From a virus (lineage: Duplodnaviria > Caudoviricetes), in IMG/VR virus record IMGVR_UViG_3300046787_000508, positions 128,001 through 192,000 of that record: DNA of 64,000 nt; one strand, written 5' to 3'. Shown here piece after piece: positions 19,105 through 28,949 of the stretch. The notes beneath the pieces were generated by a model that saw only the letters and a program-made list of their open reading frames with translations, did no database searches and was not told where the DNA came from. How positions within the stretch are numbered: the first letter of the stretch is position 1; the number at the start of each line of letters is the position of its first letter. The translations under genes were made by a program, and so were the position numbers.

Positions 19105-20535
19105 CATCATTCTTGAACCAATTAAGAAATTGTTAGTCACAGTAGTTCCAGGTTGAGTATTAAGACTCATCTTGTAATTTAAACTTAGACCAAACCTTCT
19201 CGATAATTTTAAATCAAAACTACTACCAATCAAAAAACCAAAATGTCTACCAACGGTTGTTCCTCCCGTTACTGTGTTATAGTTAATTGGTGAGTACGTC
19301 GTAAAAATTTGTGGAGATATGGTGACTTTCTTACTATATTGGAAAGGTTTTGTCCAAAATACTATTGTTGATGTTGTTAAATTCAAATCGTATTTATCTT
19401 CTTGATTTTTTAATAATAAATTAACCATACCGATGTTATAACCATAGGTACCGAATTTCGGGTGGGGTTTTATGTATGTATATCCGACTAAACCCATCCA
19501 TGTACCATTTAGGTACGCAAACGTTGTTGAGTAACTGTGGATTGAATTTAACATTCCCTTATCATCCAATTTCATTTGAGTCATTCCCGTTGAGAATGCA
19601 AATTGATTTAATGTTGACCAAATCATTAAATTGACACTGTATGACTTATCACCCATTAAAGATGATTTAGATATACCTAACGATAACATTGCACTATATT
19701 GACCATCAGGACTTTCGGTGGTTGCCAAATCTGATGCAACTAATGTTGGGTTTTGTGATTGTTGTTTTTTCTTTTCGTCTTTTTTCTTCTCTTCTTCTTT
19801 CTTTTTCTCCTCTTTAGATTCTTCTTTTTTCTCTTCTTTAGATTCTGATTTTGATTCCTCTTTCTTTTCCTCACTTTTAGTTTCCGATTTTGATTCACTT
19901 TTAGTTTCAGAACTACTTTCTGATTTTGTTTCAGATGAACTTGAACCACTACTTTCCGAACTTGAACTACTAGATGATGAACTCGAACTACTAGATGAGG
20001 ATGTTGAACCTCCAGTGTTTGTTGAAGATGAACTACTTGTGGATGCCGAACTACTTGCTGCCGATGATGCTGAACCACTCGCGGCTGACGACGCCGAATT
20101 ACTTGCTGCGGATGACGCAGAACTACTCGCAGCTGATGAGGCGGCACTACTCGCGGCAGATGATGCGGCACTACTTGCCGCTGCAGTTGCGGCCGATGTG
20201 GCGGCTGCAGTTGCGGCTTGAGTTACGGCTTGGGTTACCGTTTGTTGAACTGTCTGTTGAACTACGGTAGCCGCAGGGCATGGTAATGACGAATACGTGG
20301 CATATGTGGTTTGTAACCACACCTGTAATTGTCCTGATTGTACTTCTGACGGTGTAAATGTTCTTACATCACCATAAAAAGATACAACAGCATTACCATT
20401 AACATATACGGTTTTTGCCGTTCTCACTTCCCCCGTACACTTATCAATGAAGGTTTGTGTAAATGTCTGTCCATTAACTTTTTGTGAAAGTAATGAAAAC
20501 AATAAAACTACGAATATAAAAAGATATCTTTTCAT
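19099..20535 (-). CDS. Secreted/outer-membrane protein with Ser/Ala low-complexity linker and C-terminal beta-barrel-like region
   Basis: Signal peptide; long S/A then K/E-rich tract; alternating aromatic beta-strand pattern in the last ~220 aa. Confidence 0.7.
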   Translation of the reverse strand: MKRYLFIFVVLLFSLLSQKVNGQTFTQTFIDKCTGEVRTAKTVYVNGNAVVSFYGDVRTFTPSEVQSGQLQVWLQTTYATYSSLPCPAATVVQQTVQQTVTQAVTQAATAAATSAATAAASSAASSAASSAASSAASSSASSAASNSASSAASGSASSAASSSASTSSSSSTNTGGSTSSSSSSSSSSSSSSSESSGSSSSETKSESSSETKSESKSETKSEEKKEESKSESKEEKKEESKEEKKKEEEKKKDEKKKQQSQNPTLVASDLATTESPDGQYSAMLSLGISKSSLMGDKSYSVNLMIWSTLNQFAFSTGMTQMKLDDKGMLNSIHSYSTTFAYLNGTWMGLVGYTYIKPHPKFGTYGYNIGMVNLLLKNQEDKYDLNLTTSTIVFWTKPFQYSKKVTISPQIFTTYSPINYNTVTGGTTVGRHFGFLIGSSFDLKLSRRFGLSLNYKMSLNTQPGTTVTNNFLIGSRMML

Positions 20536-20633
20536 ATGATTCTATTGTTGTTTATAATTTTTGTCATAACTATAAATACTAAAAAAGGAGGTTAATAAAC
20601 CTCCTTTATATAAATCAAATTGTAAATTACGTA

Positions 20634-21395
20634 TTACTTAGTAAAAATCCCCTTTTTAATCATTCTATCCAAAATATTAGCACATGCAATATCTAAAGCT
20701 TTCTTTGTGGATATTGAAATTGTAGATTGATTGAATTTTATTGGGTCTACAGTTGCGTCAGATAAAAGTGTTAATTCTCTATTTGTCTTAGCCTCACCTA
20801 ATCCAGAACCCGCGAAAACAACCCCTGTTTCTGCGTCTGTAAATCTAACCTGTAAACCAATACGAGTGACCATATTATCTCTAATACCATCTTTCATATT
20901 AATAGTTTCATCTTCAGATATAGAATAATCGTAACATTCAATTGTAACGAAATACTTCGCCAAATTAATCTTACCACGACCATCTAATTTATTTTCAGAA
21001 ATACCCGCTTGAGATGCTTGAAATTGTTTTACCATACGGTTTTTTATTTCTGTTGATGACTCAGTGAATTTAAAACGATTTAAATTTTCCAAATACTCCA
21101 TTGAAATATTTGCAACACCTAATCCTACTCTTTTTTCCTTTAACTCGGGATACATTTCGTATACTTCATCTGAGATTCCACACTTAAGTATTTGAATCGG
21201 AATTTGAGGACCCTCATAATCCATATAAGCGGATATGTCTTTTTTCTTTTCAAAGTCCGCTTTATACTCTTCAGTTTTTGTTTTACCGATTGTTTGTGCT
21301 GTAGATACGAAACTAAAGAACATACAAACTAATAATAATGATAATGTTTTTTTCATAATAATGTGTTTATTTAATATCTTTTCGGCCAAGACCAA
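20634..21395 (-). CDS. CsgG/FlgO-like envelope protein
   Basis: Signal peptide from MKKTLSLL; GLGVANISMEYLENLNRF...IGLQVRFTDAETGVVF resembles the CsgG fold. Confidence 0.6.
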   Translation of the reverse strand: MVLAEKILNKHIIMKKTLSLLLVCMFFSFVSTAQTIGKTKTEEYKADFEKKKDISAYMDYEGPQIPIQILKCGISDEVYEMYPELKEKRVGLGVANISMEYLENLNRFKFTESSTEIKNRMVKQFQASQAGISENKLDGRGKINLAKYFVTIECYDYSISEDETINMKDGIRDNMVTRIGLQVRFTDAETGVVFAGSGLGEAKTNRELTLLSDATVDPIKFNQSTISISTKKALDIACANILDRMIKKGIFTK

Positions 21396-21577
21396 CCTTT
21401 TTTAATACCACGAAGACCTAATAATGTTGAAAATCCAAAAAATTGAATAACCCATAATATGCCGGCCCAATTGGTCGTCTTTAATTCATGGTCAAACACA
21501 ATGGTTAATGTCACCATGTAAATTATAAGTGAATAAAACAAAATAACTTGTTCATATCTTAAAAACCAATTTTTCAT
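21371..21577 (-). CDS. Small membrane protein
   Basis: Two hydrophobic helices. Confidence 0.55.
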   Translation of the reverse strand: MKNWFLRYEQVILFYSLIIYMVTLTIVFDHELKTTNWAGILWVIQFFGFSTLLGLRGIKKGWSWPKRY

Positions 21578-21580
21578 AAC

Positions 21581-21811
21581 TTAGTTGTTTACGGGACCTT
21601 CGTACCAAATGTTATCAGGATTGTTTTTAAATCTTCCATCAATTTTCCATGTCACCTTATTTGAAATGTCTCTCATTCTATCTTGTTGATTCGTAAATTC
21701 AAGATAAATAAAAAACACTTGTGTTGACAGGGCAACTACAATCCATACCATTGTAAGGATTAGAAATGAGTTAAAAAGTAACTCACTTGTTTTGTTCAAT
21801 ATTTTTGTCAT
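21581..21811 (-). CDS. Small membrane protein
   Basis: One transmembrane helix. Confidence 0.55.
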   Translation of the reverse strand: MTKILNKTSELLFNSFLILTMVWIVVALSTQVFFIYLEFTNQQDRMRDISNKVTWKIDGRFKNNPDNIWYEGPVNN

Positions 21812-21863
21812 AATATATTGTTTTATTATAAATATAAAAAAAGGGAGATAAATCCCCCTTTAA

Positions 21864-22112
21864 TTATCCTTCATTTTCTTCTTTCTTCTTATGTGTGAAT
21901 TTATCCACCGTATCCGCACCCATACCAATTCCCGTTATAATCATAACGGCATTTACTAAGTCAGGTGACGGAGCAAAATCGGCATGTGAGAACGAATTTA
22001 AAATCATTGTAACACATAAAAATAGTGCACCAATCATAGCGATTACCGGTTTTACCGATATTGAACCTCTTTCATCTTTGAAAAGTTCGATAACCCATTC
22101 TTTAAATTTCAT
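21864..22112 (-). CDS. Small two-TM membrane protein (holin-like)
   Basis: Two TM helices and a charged C-terminus. Confidence 0.6.
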   Translation of the reverse strand: MKFKEWVIELFKDERGSISVKPVIAMIGALFLCVTMILNSFSHADFAPSPDLVNAVMIITGIGMGADTVDKFTHKKKEENEG

Positions 22113-22140
22113 AGTTTATTTATTTTTGTCATTTTATTTA

Positions 22141-22743
22141 TTAACCTTCCATGTCCATTTCGGCATATTCGTCTTTTACTTTACCACACTTCAAACATTC
22201 CTCAGTTCCATCACCATCTAAATCACCCCAAACGTGTTCACATTGTCTGTGGGCGAAATATTCGTCAATTTTACCGTCACCGTCAAAGTCTAAACCGTCC
22301 ATAACACCATCACCATCCTCGTCAATCTCAACTCCCTTTTTCTCAGGTTGGTCACTTACTTGGACATCTTGTCCAACTTCTGACGATTCTGTTAACACTA
22401 ATGGCGTTGTTGACATTGGTACAATCGGATTATTAGGACCATCTGCGGTATTACTTAAGGAAATTCCATCTTCTTCGTCCATTTTCTGAACTAACATTTT
22501 ATCCTTATCAGTATCACTAAACCAATAGTCAATGATTTTACCGTAAGAACCAATGAAAGCACCTAACATTAATAATAATAATTCTTTCCATTCAGCTGAT
22601 GCCGCTGTGTTTGTGGTTATTGCTCCAAAAATACCACCGATAATTATCATAAATCCACCCAATACCATCGCAGAAATATACCATCTACGTTGCATCATTG
22701 AATTTAATAGTTCTTTAAACCCACTTGGTTGTTGTTCAGCCAT
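22141..22743 (-). CDS. Two-TM membrane protein with Ca-binding DxDxDG repeats
   Basis: DEDGDGVMDGLDFDGDGKID and DLDGDG; C..H...C..C at the C-terminus. Confidence 0.7.
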   Translation of the reverse strand: MAEQQPSGFKELLNSMMQRRWYISAMVLGGFMIIIGGIFGAITTNTAASAEWKELLLLMLGAFIGSYGKIIDYWFSDTDKDKMLVQKMDEEDGISLSNTADGPNNPIVPMSTTPLVLTESSEVGQDVQVSDQPEKKGVEIDEDGDGVMDGLDFDGDGKIDEYFAHRQCEHVWGDLDGDGTEECLKCGKVKDEYAEMDMEG

Positions 22744-22773
22744 ATTCTTTTAAATTTTTAACTTTTTAATTTA

Positions 22774-23100
22774 TTACCACTGAGCAGGTTTTTCCTTAAA
22801 CTCATCACCTTCTTTTTTCTTAGGTGCCGGAGCAGGTGCAGGTGCCGATTGTTGTGTAGGTGTTGCCTTTTCTTTAATGATAACTGTTTTACCAGCTGCG
22901 GCTGATTGTTGTTGTGCTTGTTGATTTGAGTTTGTAATGTTAATTACCGGTGCGGCTTGTACGGGTGCAGGTTCGTCACCACCACCTCCAAGTAAACTAG
23001 CAGCCCAAACACCACCCGCAGTTACTATTGTACCTAAAGTACCGATTATGGTTTTTTTCAACCCACTCATTGTTCCGTCGTTTTCTGTTTCTTCTGACAT
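22774..23100 (-). CDS. Membrane-anchored Pro/Gln/Ala-rich protein
   Basis: Single hydrophobic segment followed by a low-complexity tail. Confidence 0.65.
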   Translation of the reverse strand: MSEETENDGTMSGLKKTIIGTLGTIVTAGGVWAASLLGGGGDEPAPVQAAPVINITNSNQQAQQQSAAAGKTVIIKEKATPTQQSAPAPAPAPKKKEGDEFKEKPAQW

Positions 23101-23124
23101 AATTCTATTTTTAATTTTTTTTTA

Positions 23125-23505
23125 TTATAATTTATTAAAATCTGTAATACCTAACTCCACTCCATTTGAATCGAATAAACCAATTCTATAAGCCGATGGT
23201 GGTAAAGATGAAGTATATACTTTAAGTATATTGTTTCCTGATTTTACTTCAATTTCTTCTTTTGACACAACTTTATTAGTTATGTCAAATATTTTTATTG
23301 TTACTACACCGTTAATTTCGGTCTTAACATTCATTGCAACTTCGCTCGTAACAAACGGAGTTTCTAATTTTATCCCGACTGAATTTTTAATCTGTAATTG
23401 GGGGGTTACAGATACTTCAGGTTCTACTATGAAATCATCTTTGGTACAACCTCCAAGAGTCATAATAATTAACGTAAGAGTTAATAGTTTTTTCATTTTT
23501 GTCAT
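23125..23505 (-). CDS. Lipoprotein with T9SS C-terminal-domain-like fold
   Basis: Lipobox LGGC; VTIKIFDITNKVV...GNNILKVYTSSLPPSAY resembles the Por sorting domain. Confidence 0.6.
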   Translation of the reverse strand: MTKMKKLLTLTLIIMTLGGCTKDDFIVEPEVSVTPQLQIKNSVGIKLETPFVTSEVAMNVKTEINGVVTIKIFDITNKVVSKEEIEVKSGNNILKVYTSSLPPSAYRIGLFDSNGVELGITDFNKL

Positions 23506-23849
23506 TTATTAAGGTTTATTATTGTTTTACCAATTTGGTTATTACTATAATCCACCAGTGTTAAATATAAATACTTTGACTGTATGGAATTAGTGTAAAT
23601 TTTCTTTATATTTTCACCGATTTGTCCGTTAAATTTTTCCTTACTAATAACTTGACCGGATTCCTTATCTGTTAAGATTAAAATATATGTTCCCGATGAT
23701 GGTAAATCAAAATGTATTGACTGACCATTTGAAACACTACTTTCGGTAACACTAAAGATATCATCTATAGCCATTACCTCAGGATATGGTAGCTCGGGTT
23801 TAGTACATCCTACTAATAAAATCAACGACATTAATATTAGTTTCTTCAT
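23502..23849 (-). CDS. Lipoprotein, paralog of 23125-23505
   Basis: Lipobox LVGC; GENIKKIYTNSIQSKY is similar to its neighbour. Confidence 0.65.
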   Translation of the reverse strand: MKKLILMSLILLVGCTKPELPYPEVMAIDDIFSVTESSVSNGQSIHFDLPSSGTYILILTDKESGQVISKEKFNGQIGENIKKIYTNSIQSKYLYLTLVDYSNNQIGKTIINLNK

Positions 23850-26155
23850 TAGTTTACCTTTATTTTTAATTGTGTTCCACTCTTACTTACAGCGTCGGTA
23901 TTCGATATTGAAGTCAATCCCAATATACTACTCAATCCTTGCAATGGTAAGAACGTTATTTTATATTCAGTTGTCTTGTCCAATGTAGTTGAACCATCTG
24001 TTATCAATGAACCCAATGTTATAAATGAACCTCTGTCAGTTCCAAAATTCGTAGGTGTTCCTTTTGTGGTAAATTCCACCTTTTCAAAACTTAATGCGGT
24101 GTTATCGTAGTTTAAATTGAATTGAGTCCCAACCACTTCCTGTTGTAAAGGGTCTAACGTTATTGTTACAACTAACTTACCACCGACATTCTCACCCATT
24201 AGATAAGCGTTTATTTCATTTGACGTTGTTTTTGACGATATGGACATTGTTCTCATTGAATTGGTTGCAACACCACTTATACTTTGTTGTGCTGAATGAG
24301 ATAGATTTATATCCCCCAACCAAGTCACATTAAGATTATACGTATTATTCAATACCCCACTATTCAAATTAAATGGGTATAAACTTCTCGTTGAATTTAA
24401 GACAGTATTCCAATTTGATTTAGTTATTGCATCGTATTCTGATTTACTATATAACTTCATCAAATAAGTTAAAGCAGTGTACTGTGTTATTGGTTGTATA
24501 CCTGTTATGTGTTGTAATAATCTATATGTATCTGCTTCGTTAAATATTCCGTTCCCATCCACATCTGCATTCATAAACTGTATACCTGATGTGAATTCTA
24601 ACCCACTTTGATTCCCAAATATTCCACCATTTGATAATTCTTTAAATGCCAAATAAACATCTGATATTGTAACAACACTATTATATAAAGTGTTTAATTC
24701 AGTTTGATTGTTTGCAATAATGTCAATACCATGTTGTTTGAAACTTTCGATTGGGGTAAATGTAAATTCAGATGTTAATGCATAATAACCTCCACCATTT
24801 CGTATGTTAGATGTAAATGATGAACTATTAAAGTTGAGTGGTGTTGTTGTATAGATGTACACCTCGGTCCAACCATTAGGGTCATAACTACCATAAGTTA
24901 CCGGTCCATTATATAAATCAAATAATTGTAAATTAGTTATTGTAGATGGGTCCGAAATGATACCATTTACCTCCCTACTATCTATCCCAACTCTATACCT
25001 TTGATTATACGTGTCATACTCATAAATCACGCACCATTCCACTTGTCCTGGTGTTGATGATACCTTAATACCTCCATTTGTTATTTTAGCAGTATCCAAA
25101 TCGTTTGTGATATCTACTTTACCCAAACCACTTAATACTCTCGATGTGTTGGTTGTTACACCCCATATATTATTTACATAAGTGTTTGCCTTTGCTGAAA
25201 ATTTAGTTTCATCCACATTACCACCAAAATCAATATTGAATCGTGCGGTTAATACATCTCCATTCGTGTGTGTCGTTGAATTGGTGTAAAATTCGGTAAA
25301 TGTTGCGTTATCTGGATTAGTCCAAGTCCCATATTCAATCACATATGGGTTATTATAATTGGGATGTAAATCATTCCAACAACTTGCACCATTCCATTTT
25401 GCTACGGGGTAATCTTCACTATGGTTACCACCATTTGGTTCACCACCACACCAGTTATTATAAACACCGGGAATATTACCCGCGGTTTGTCCATTCGATG
25501 TTTTCATCACAGTCCCCAATTCAGGACCATCATCAATCACCCAAGTCCCGTCAATTACTTTATCCGTTGCCGCAAACCATATGTTAGATTGTGGTACATT
25601 TGCTCTAATAAATGATTCCTCATCTGCAGATGTTAGAGTTAGTAGATACCCTTCTTGACCTTTGAATGTAGTGGCATGTGCATTTGTTTTTGCCACGGGA
25701 TAGTAAGCACCAATTGACACTGGTTTGTAAAAGTGTCCATTTACACCATTGTAATAATAACCCGTTGGATTAATCGTTGCAGCTACTGATAATTTTACAT
25801 TACCTTTATTTACACCTGTGTTCACTTTTAACGTAGTTAATGCGGTATTAATATTTGTCATCGTACCCGTCACAACTAAACGAGTTTTATTACCCGACAA
25901 CGTAAAACCACTTGCGGCTGTTAATCCTGTTGTTGTTGTTAAATAAAATGTTGTACCTGTTGGATATTCCACTAAACTAATCGATGCAAGTATCACATCG
26001 GTCGTTGAAAAACCAATTAATGAAAATCCACTAGCATCTTGTCCCGTTGTAGATGGTATAAACGATTTAGAGTCCGGAGCAGATACACTCTGTCCGAACC
26101 CTAAAAATGATGTTAATAGTAATAATATTACTAATATTTTACGCATGTTATTCAA
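23849..26155 (-). CDS. Secreted protein with C-type lectin, dockerin-like and cohesin-like domains
   Basis: Signal peptide; YNNWCGGEPN...WNDL (C-type lectin); ADVDGNGIFNEADTYRLLQHI (dockerin/EF-hand-like); VVGTQFNLNYDNTAL (cohesin-like). Confidence 0.7.
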   Translation of the reverse strand: MNNMRKILVILLLLTSFLGFGQSVSAPDSKSFIPSTTGQDASGFSLIGFSTTDVILASISLVEYPTGTTFYLTTTTGLTAASGFTLSGNKTRLVVTGTMTNINTALTTLKVNTGVNKGNVKLSVAATINPTGYYYNGVNGHFYKPVSIGAYYPVAKTNAHATTFKGQEGYLLTLTSADEESFIRANVPQSNIWFAATDKVIDGTWVIDDGPELGTVMKTSNGQTAGNIPGVYNNWCGGEPNGGNHSEDYPVAKWNGASCWNDLHPNYNNPYVIEYGTWTNPDNATFTEFYTNSTTHTNGDVLTARFNIDFGGNVDETKFSAKANTYVNNIWGVTTNTSRVLSGLGKVDITNDLDTAKITNGGIKVSSTPGQVEWCVIYEYDTYNQRYRVGIDSREVNGIISDPSTITNLQLFDLYNGPVTYGSYDPNGWTEVYIYTTTPLNFNSSSFTSNIRNGGGYYALTSEFTFTPIESFKQHGIDIIANNQTELNTLYNSVVTISDVYLAFKELSNGGIFGNQSGLEFTSGIQFMNADVDGNGIFNEADTYRLLQHITGIQPITQYTALTYLMKLYSKSEYDAITKSNWNTVLNSTRSLYPFNLNSGVLNNTYNLNVTWLGDINLSHSAQQSISGVATNSMRTMSISSKTTSNEINAYLMGENVGGKLVVTITLDPLQQEVVGTQFNLNYDNTALSFEKVEFTTKGTPTNFGTDRGSFITLGSLITDGSTTLDKTTEYKITFLPLQGLSSILGLTSISNTDAVSKSGTQLKIKVN

Positions 26156-27812
26156 TAACTAAATTTATTTTTTCACCTTTAGAATCAATAGCATCCGATA
26201 GAACAAAATAAAACAATCCCGCAGTGTTTGTTAAATTTGTTTTAGGAGTAAAAATCAACTTATACGGTGTACCTGTTTTTATTCTTGCGGTTTTTAATTG
26301 GTCAATAGAACCAAATGTTAATCTACCATTATCATGAGTTGAGAAGTTTGTAATTGTACTTCCCGCATTGAAAACAACTTCATCTAATGTTAATTTTGAT
26401 TCGTCATAATTCATAATAACCTGTAAACCTGCCAAATCCGACTTAGTCAAATTCGTCAATAATACAACTTTCCCATTTTCAATTTTAGATACCACACTTA
26501 AAGTTGCGGTTTCTAAAGTTTTTGACGTATATGATAAAGTTCCGTATGTTGACATAGTTCTATTCATTGTAACCACATTAGTGTTTACCGAATTAACATA
26601 GTTTCCACTAGCAATTCTACTACTAATTTCACTTGGCGATGATGAGTGTGACCAATCTAAATCTCCACCCCAAGCGTAAACCATATCAACAACTTGAGTT
26701 GGAGTGGTTATGGTTACGTCATTTTTAACAATCCCATCTAACCAACCTTGGTTTAATAAACCACTATACCATCTTACTGAGGTTGATGTAGATTTAGGGA
26801 TAAATGCGTTTGTTGATACATCTATACCCATAACATGTGAAAACATATAATATGAGTCCGATTCACTAAATGCCGTTTTATTGAATGTTATTAAACCAAC
26901 TTTCTTTTCTAAAGCAGGATACGTAAAGAAATTAGTGGTACCACTTATATCAGTTTGTGAGATACCTAAAAATGCCTTATAAGCATCTGACACCGTTACA
27001 ATATTATTCATAAATGATTTCTGATTGGCAGGTGCAACAAATACACCGAATTCATCACCTACTTTTACTTCAGTAGTGAATAACGCCTCTCCTGTCCCAT
27101 CTAATTGTTTAACTGCAATAGGTTGTTGAGTCCAATCAATTTGTTTAGTTCCGTCTGTTTTTAATTTCATTAATTGAACACTATGGTCTGTTATGTTCGT
27201 ATATGAAGATGGAAATAAAACTCTAACTTTAAATTGGGAAGTGTTACCGACAACGTTAGTTAATGAAATCCCATCCGTTGATGTGGTAATTGGTGATATA
27301 TATAAACCCGCGGCATCAATTGAATATGATAAATCTAATTTATGAATATTATTATATGTGTTTTGGTCTTTTATAATATATTTTTGAGTTGCCAACAAAC
27401 CGTCAATTGAATTATCGGTTCTCTGTAATGTAATTTGACCAACATTCCAATCAGGGTTCGATAAATAATTCCAAGGAGTTGTTGTATATTGACCATACAA
27501 TGATTTAGAGTCAACATTCTGAGATGGTGTAAATGAATAATTATTCCACCCAGTATAATAAGTTTGAACTGATGACCCTTGATTATATGTGGTTGATAGG
27601 TAACTTAAAGCCTTATTATTATATTGATATCTTAACCAAAAGTAACGAGGTGTTGTAATTGGGTTTGAACCCTTGATTACGGTGTATTTTATAGTTAACG
27701 TATCACCAACCTTATATGAAGATTGTGTTACTACAGATTGATTGATTGTTAATTGTGCGAACGTTGAAAATGATATTAAAAACGTCCCAAGTAAAAATAA
27801 TATTTTTTTCAT
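26148..27812 (-). CDS. Secreted protein with cohesin-like and degenerate dockerin-like domains
   Basis: Signal peptide; VTVSDAYKAF shared with neighbour (VTISDVYLAF); C-terminal LAGLQVIMNYDESKL cohesin-like. Confidence 0.65.
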   Translation of the reverse strand: MKKILFLLGTFLISFSTFAQLTINQSVVTQSSYKVGDTLTIKYTVIKGSNPITTPRYFWLRYQYNNKALSYLSTTYNQGSSVQTYYTGWNNYSFTPSQNVDSKSLYGQYTTTPWNYLSNPDWNVGQITLQRTDNSIDGLLATQKYIIKDQNTYNNIHKLDLSYSIDAAGLYISPITTSTDGISLTNVVGNTSQFKVRVLFPSSYTNITDHSVQLMKLKTDGTKQIDWTQQPIAVKQLDGTGEALFTTEVKVGDEFGVFVAPANQKSFMNNIVTVSDAYKAFLGISQTDISGTTNFFTYPALEKKVGLITFNKTAFSESDSYYMFSHVMGIDVSTNAFIPKSTSTSVRWYSGLLNQGWLDGIVKNDVTITTPTQVVDMVYAWGGDLDWSHSSSPSEISSRIASGNYVNSVNTNVVTMNRTMSTYGTLSYTSKTLETATLSVVSKIENGKVVLLTNLTKSDLAGLQVIMNYDESKLTLDEVVFNAGSTITNFSTHDNGRLTFGSIDQLKTARIKTGTPYKLIFTPKTNLTNTAGLFYFVLSDAIDSKGEKINLVIE

Positions 27813-27813
27813 T

Positions 27814-28353
27814 TTATTTCGTGTTTGTGAATATTTTATTAATTAATGACACACATGTCTTTTTAATTGCAGAAGACAATGCTTGTTGGTTTACTTTATC
27901 ACTACCTGAATCGGTAATTAATGTTGATGTAGAAATTTCGCTACTTGATTCCTCAGCAACGGCATCCTTTATCTTTTTCCCATCTTTGTCAGTTAAAAAA
28001 CCACGCATAACAACTAATGTCTCCTCAACATCAGAATGGAATACGGAAACATTTCTTTTGGTTCTATTAACATCAAAGTAAAGTAGTTCAGCCCTAAAAA
28101 TGTAATCAGCGTTTTCAGGACTCTCAACAATAACATAATCTTTTTCTTGAAGAATTTCTTGAAAGATATTCTTTACCCCAAATCCAAGGTTACGATTATT
28201 GGTGAGTTTACCAATTTTAATTTTATTCTCAACACCTGAAACGTAGACTGATTTCGTCTCATCTATTGGTCTTAACACGTCTACGAAGAACGCAAACGTG
28301 AAAAGATACAATAAGGGCAGTAGAGATACATTGAGTCTCTTTATTTTTGTCAT
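27814..28353 (-). CDS. Envelope protein, CsgG/LptE-like alpha-beta fold
   Basis: N-terminal hydrophobic segment; LGFGVKNIFQEIL...ADYIFRAELL; start taken at 28353. Confidence 0.55.
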   Translation of the reverse strand: MTKIKRLNVSLLPLLYLFTFAFFVDVLRPIDETKSVYVSGVENKIKIGKLTNNRNLGFGVKNIFQEILQEKDYVIVESPENADYIFRAELLYFDVNRTKRNVSVFHSDVEETLVVMRGFLTDKDGKKIKDAVAEESSSEISTSTLITDSGSDKVNQQALSSAIKKTCVSLINKIFTNTK

Positions 28354-28417
28354 ACTAATAAATATCATCTATTAGTCAACTGATTATAAAAAAAAATAAA
28401 AATATTTTAATCTTTTC

Positions 28418-28448
28418 TTGTTTATTACAATACTTATTGTTACCTTTG
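28418..28448 (+). promoter_or_regulatory. Bacteroidota-type promoter for tRNA cluster 1 leader
   Basis: TTG (28418) - N20 - TACCTTTG (28441). Confidence 0.7.
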
Positions 28449-28477
28449 TACTATAAATCAAAGGAAAAAAAAATTCA

Positions 28478-28576
28478 ATGAGACAATTTACACATACAAT
28501 GTCGTTTACAATCTGTTCAAAATGGGCGGATGAGCGTTCTATGTCCTATAGTCTCGGAATTGATGAATTAAGTTAA
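28478..28576 (+). CDS. Putative attenuator leader peptide 1 (32 aa)
   Basis: MRQFTHTMSFTICSKWADERSMSYSLGIDELS; codons match cluster-1 tRNAs; 3' end complementary to the terminator. Confidence 0.75.
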   Translation: MRQFTHTMSFTICSKWADERSMSYSLGIDELS

Positions 28577-28598
28577 AAGTAAATTAACTAATAATATT

Positions 28599-28636
28599 AA
28601 AACCCTGAGACTTATAATCTCAGGGTTTTTTGTTTT
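28599..28636 (+). terminator. Attenuator terminator before tRNA cluster 1
   Basis: aaaaccctgaga-cttataa-tctcagggtttt plus T tract, abutting the first tRNA. Confidence 0.85.
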
Positions 28637-28706
28637 GGGCCTGATGTCAACGGCAGACCACCTGATTTGCAATCAGAGTGTTTGGGTTCGATTCCCACAG
28701 TGTCCA
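28637..28706 (+). tRNA. trnA: tRNA-Ala(UGC), atypical
   Basis: Loop tt-TGC-aa; G3:U70 pair; bulged acceptor stem. Confidence 0.7.
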
Positions 28707-28712
28707 CAAATT

Positions 28713-28784
28713 GGAATATAGCTCAGTTGGTTAGAGCGTCATCCTGATACGGTGAATGTCGATGGTTCGAGTCCATCTATTCCA
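28713..28784 (+). tRNA. trnI: tRNA-Ile(GAU)
   Basis: Cloverleaf; loop ct-GAT-ac. Confidence 0.9.
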
Positions 28785-28792
28785 ACAACAAT

Positions 28793-28865
28793 GGTGATGT
28801 AGCTCAGATGGTAGAGCGCTACCCTGAAGAGGTAGGCGTCGGCGGTTCGAGTCCGTCCATCACCA
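28793..28865 (+). tRNA. trnF: tRNA-Phe(GAA)
   Basis: Cloverleaf; ctacc-ctGAAga-ggtag. Confidence 0.92.
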
Positions 28866-28869
28866 CAAT

Positions 28870-28943
28870 GACCTCGTAGCTCAGTTGGTTAGAGCACCTC
28901 ACTTTTAATGAGGGAGTCAATGGTTCGAGTCCATTCGGGGTCA
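28870..28943 (+). tRNA. trnK: tRNA-Lys(UUU)
   Basis: cctca-ctTTTaa-tgagg. Confidence 0.92.
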
Positions 28944-28949
28944 CAATAT

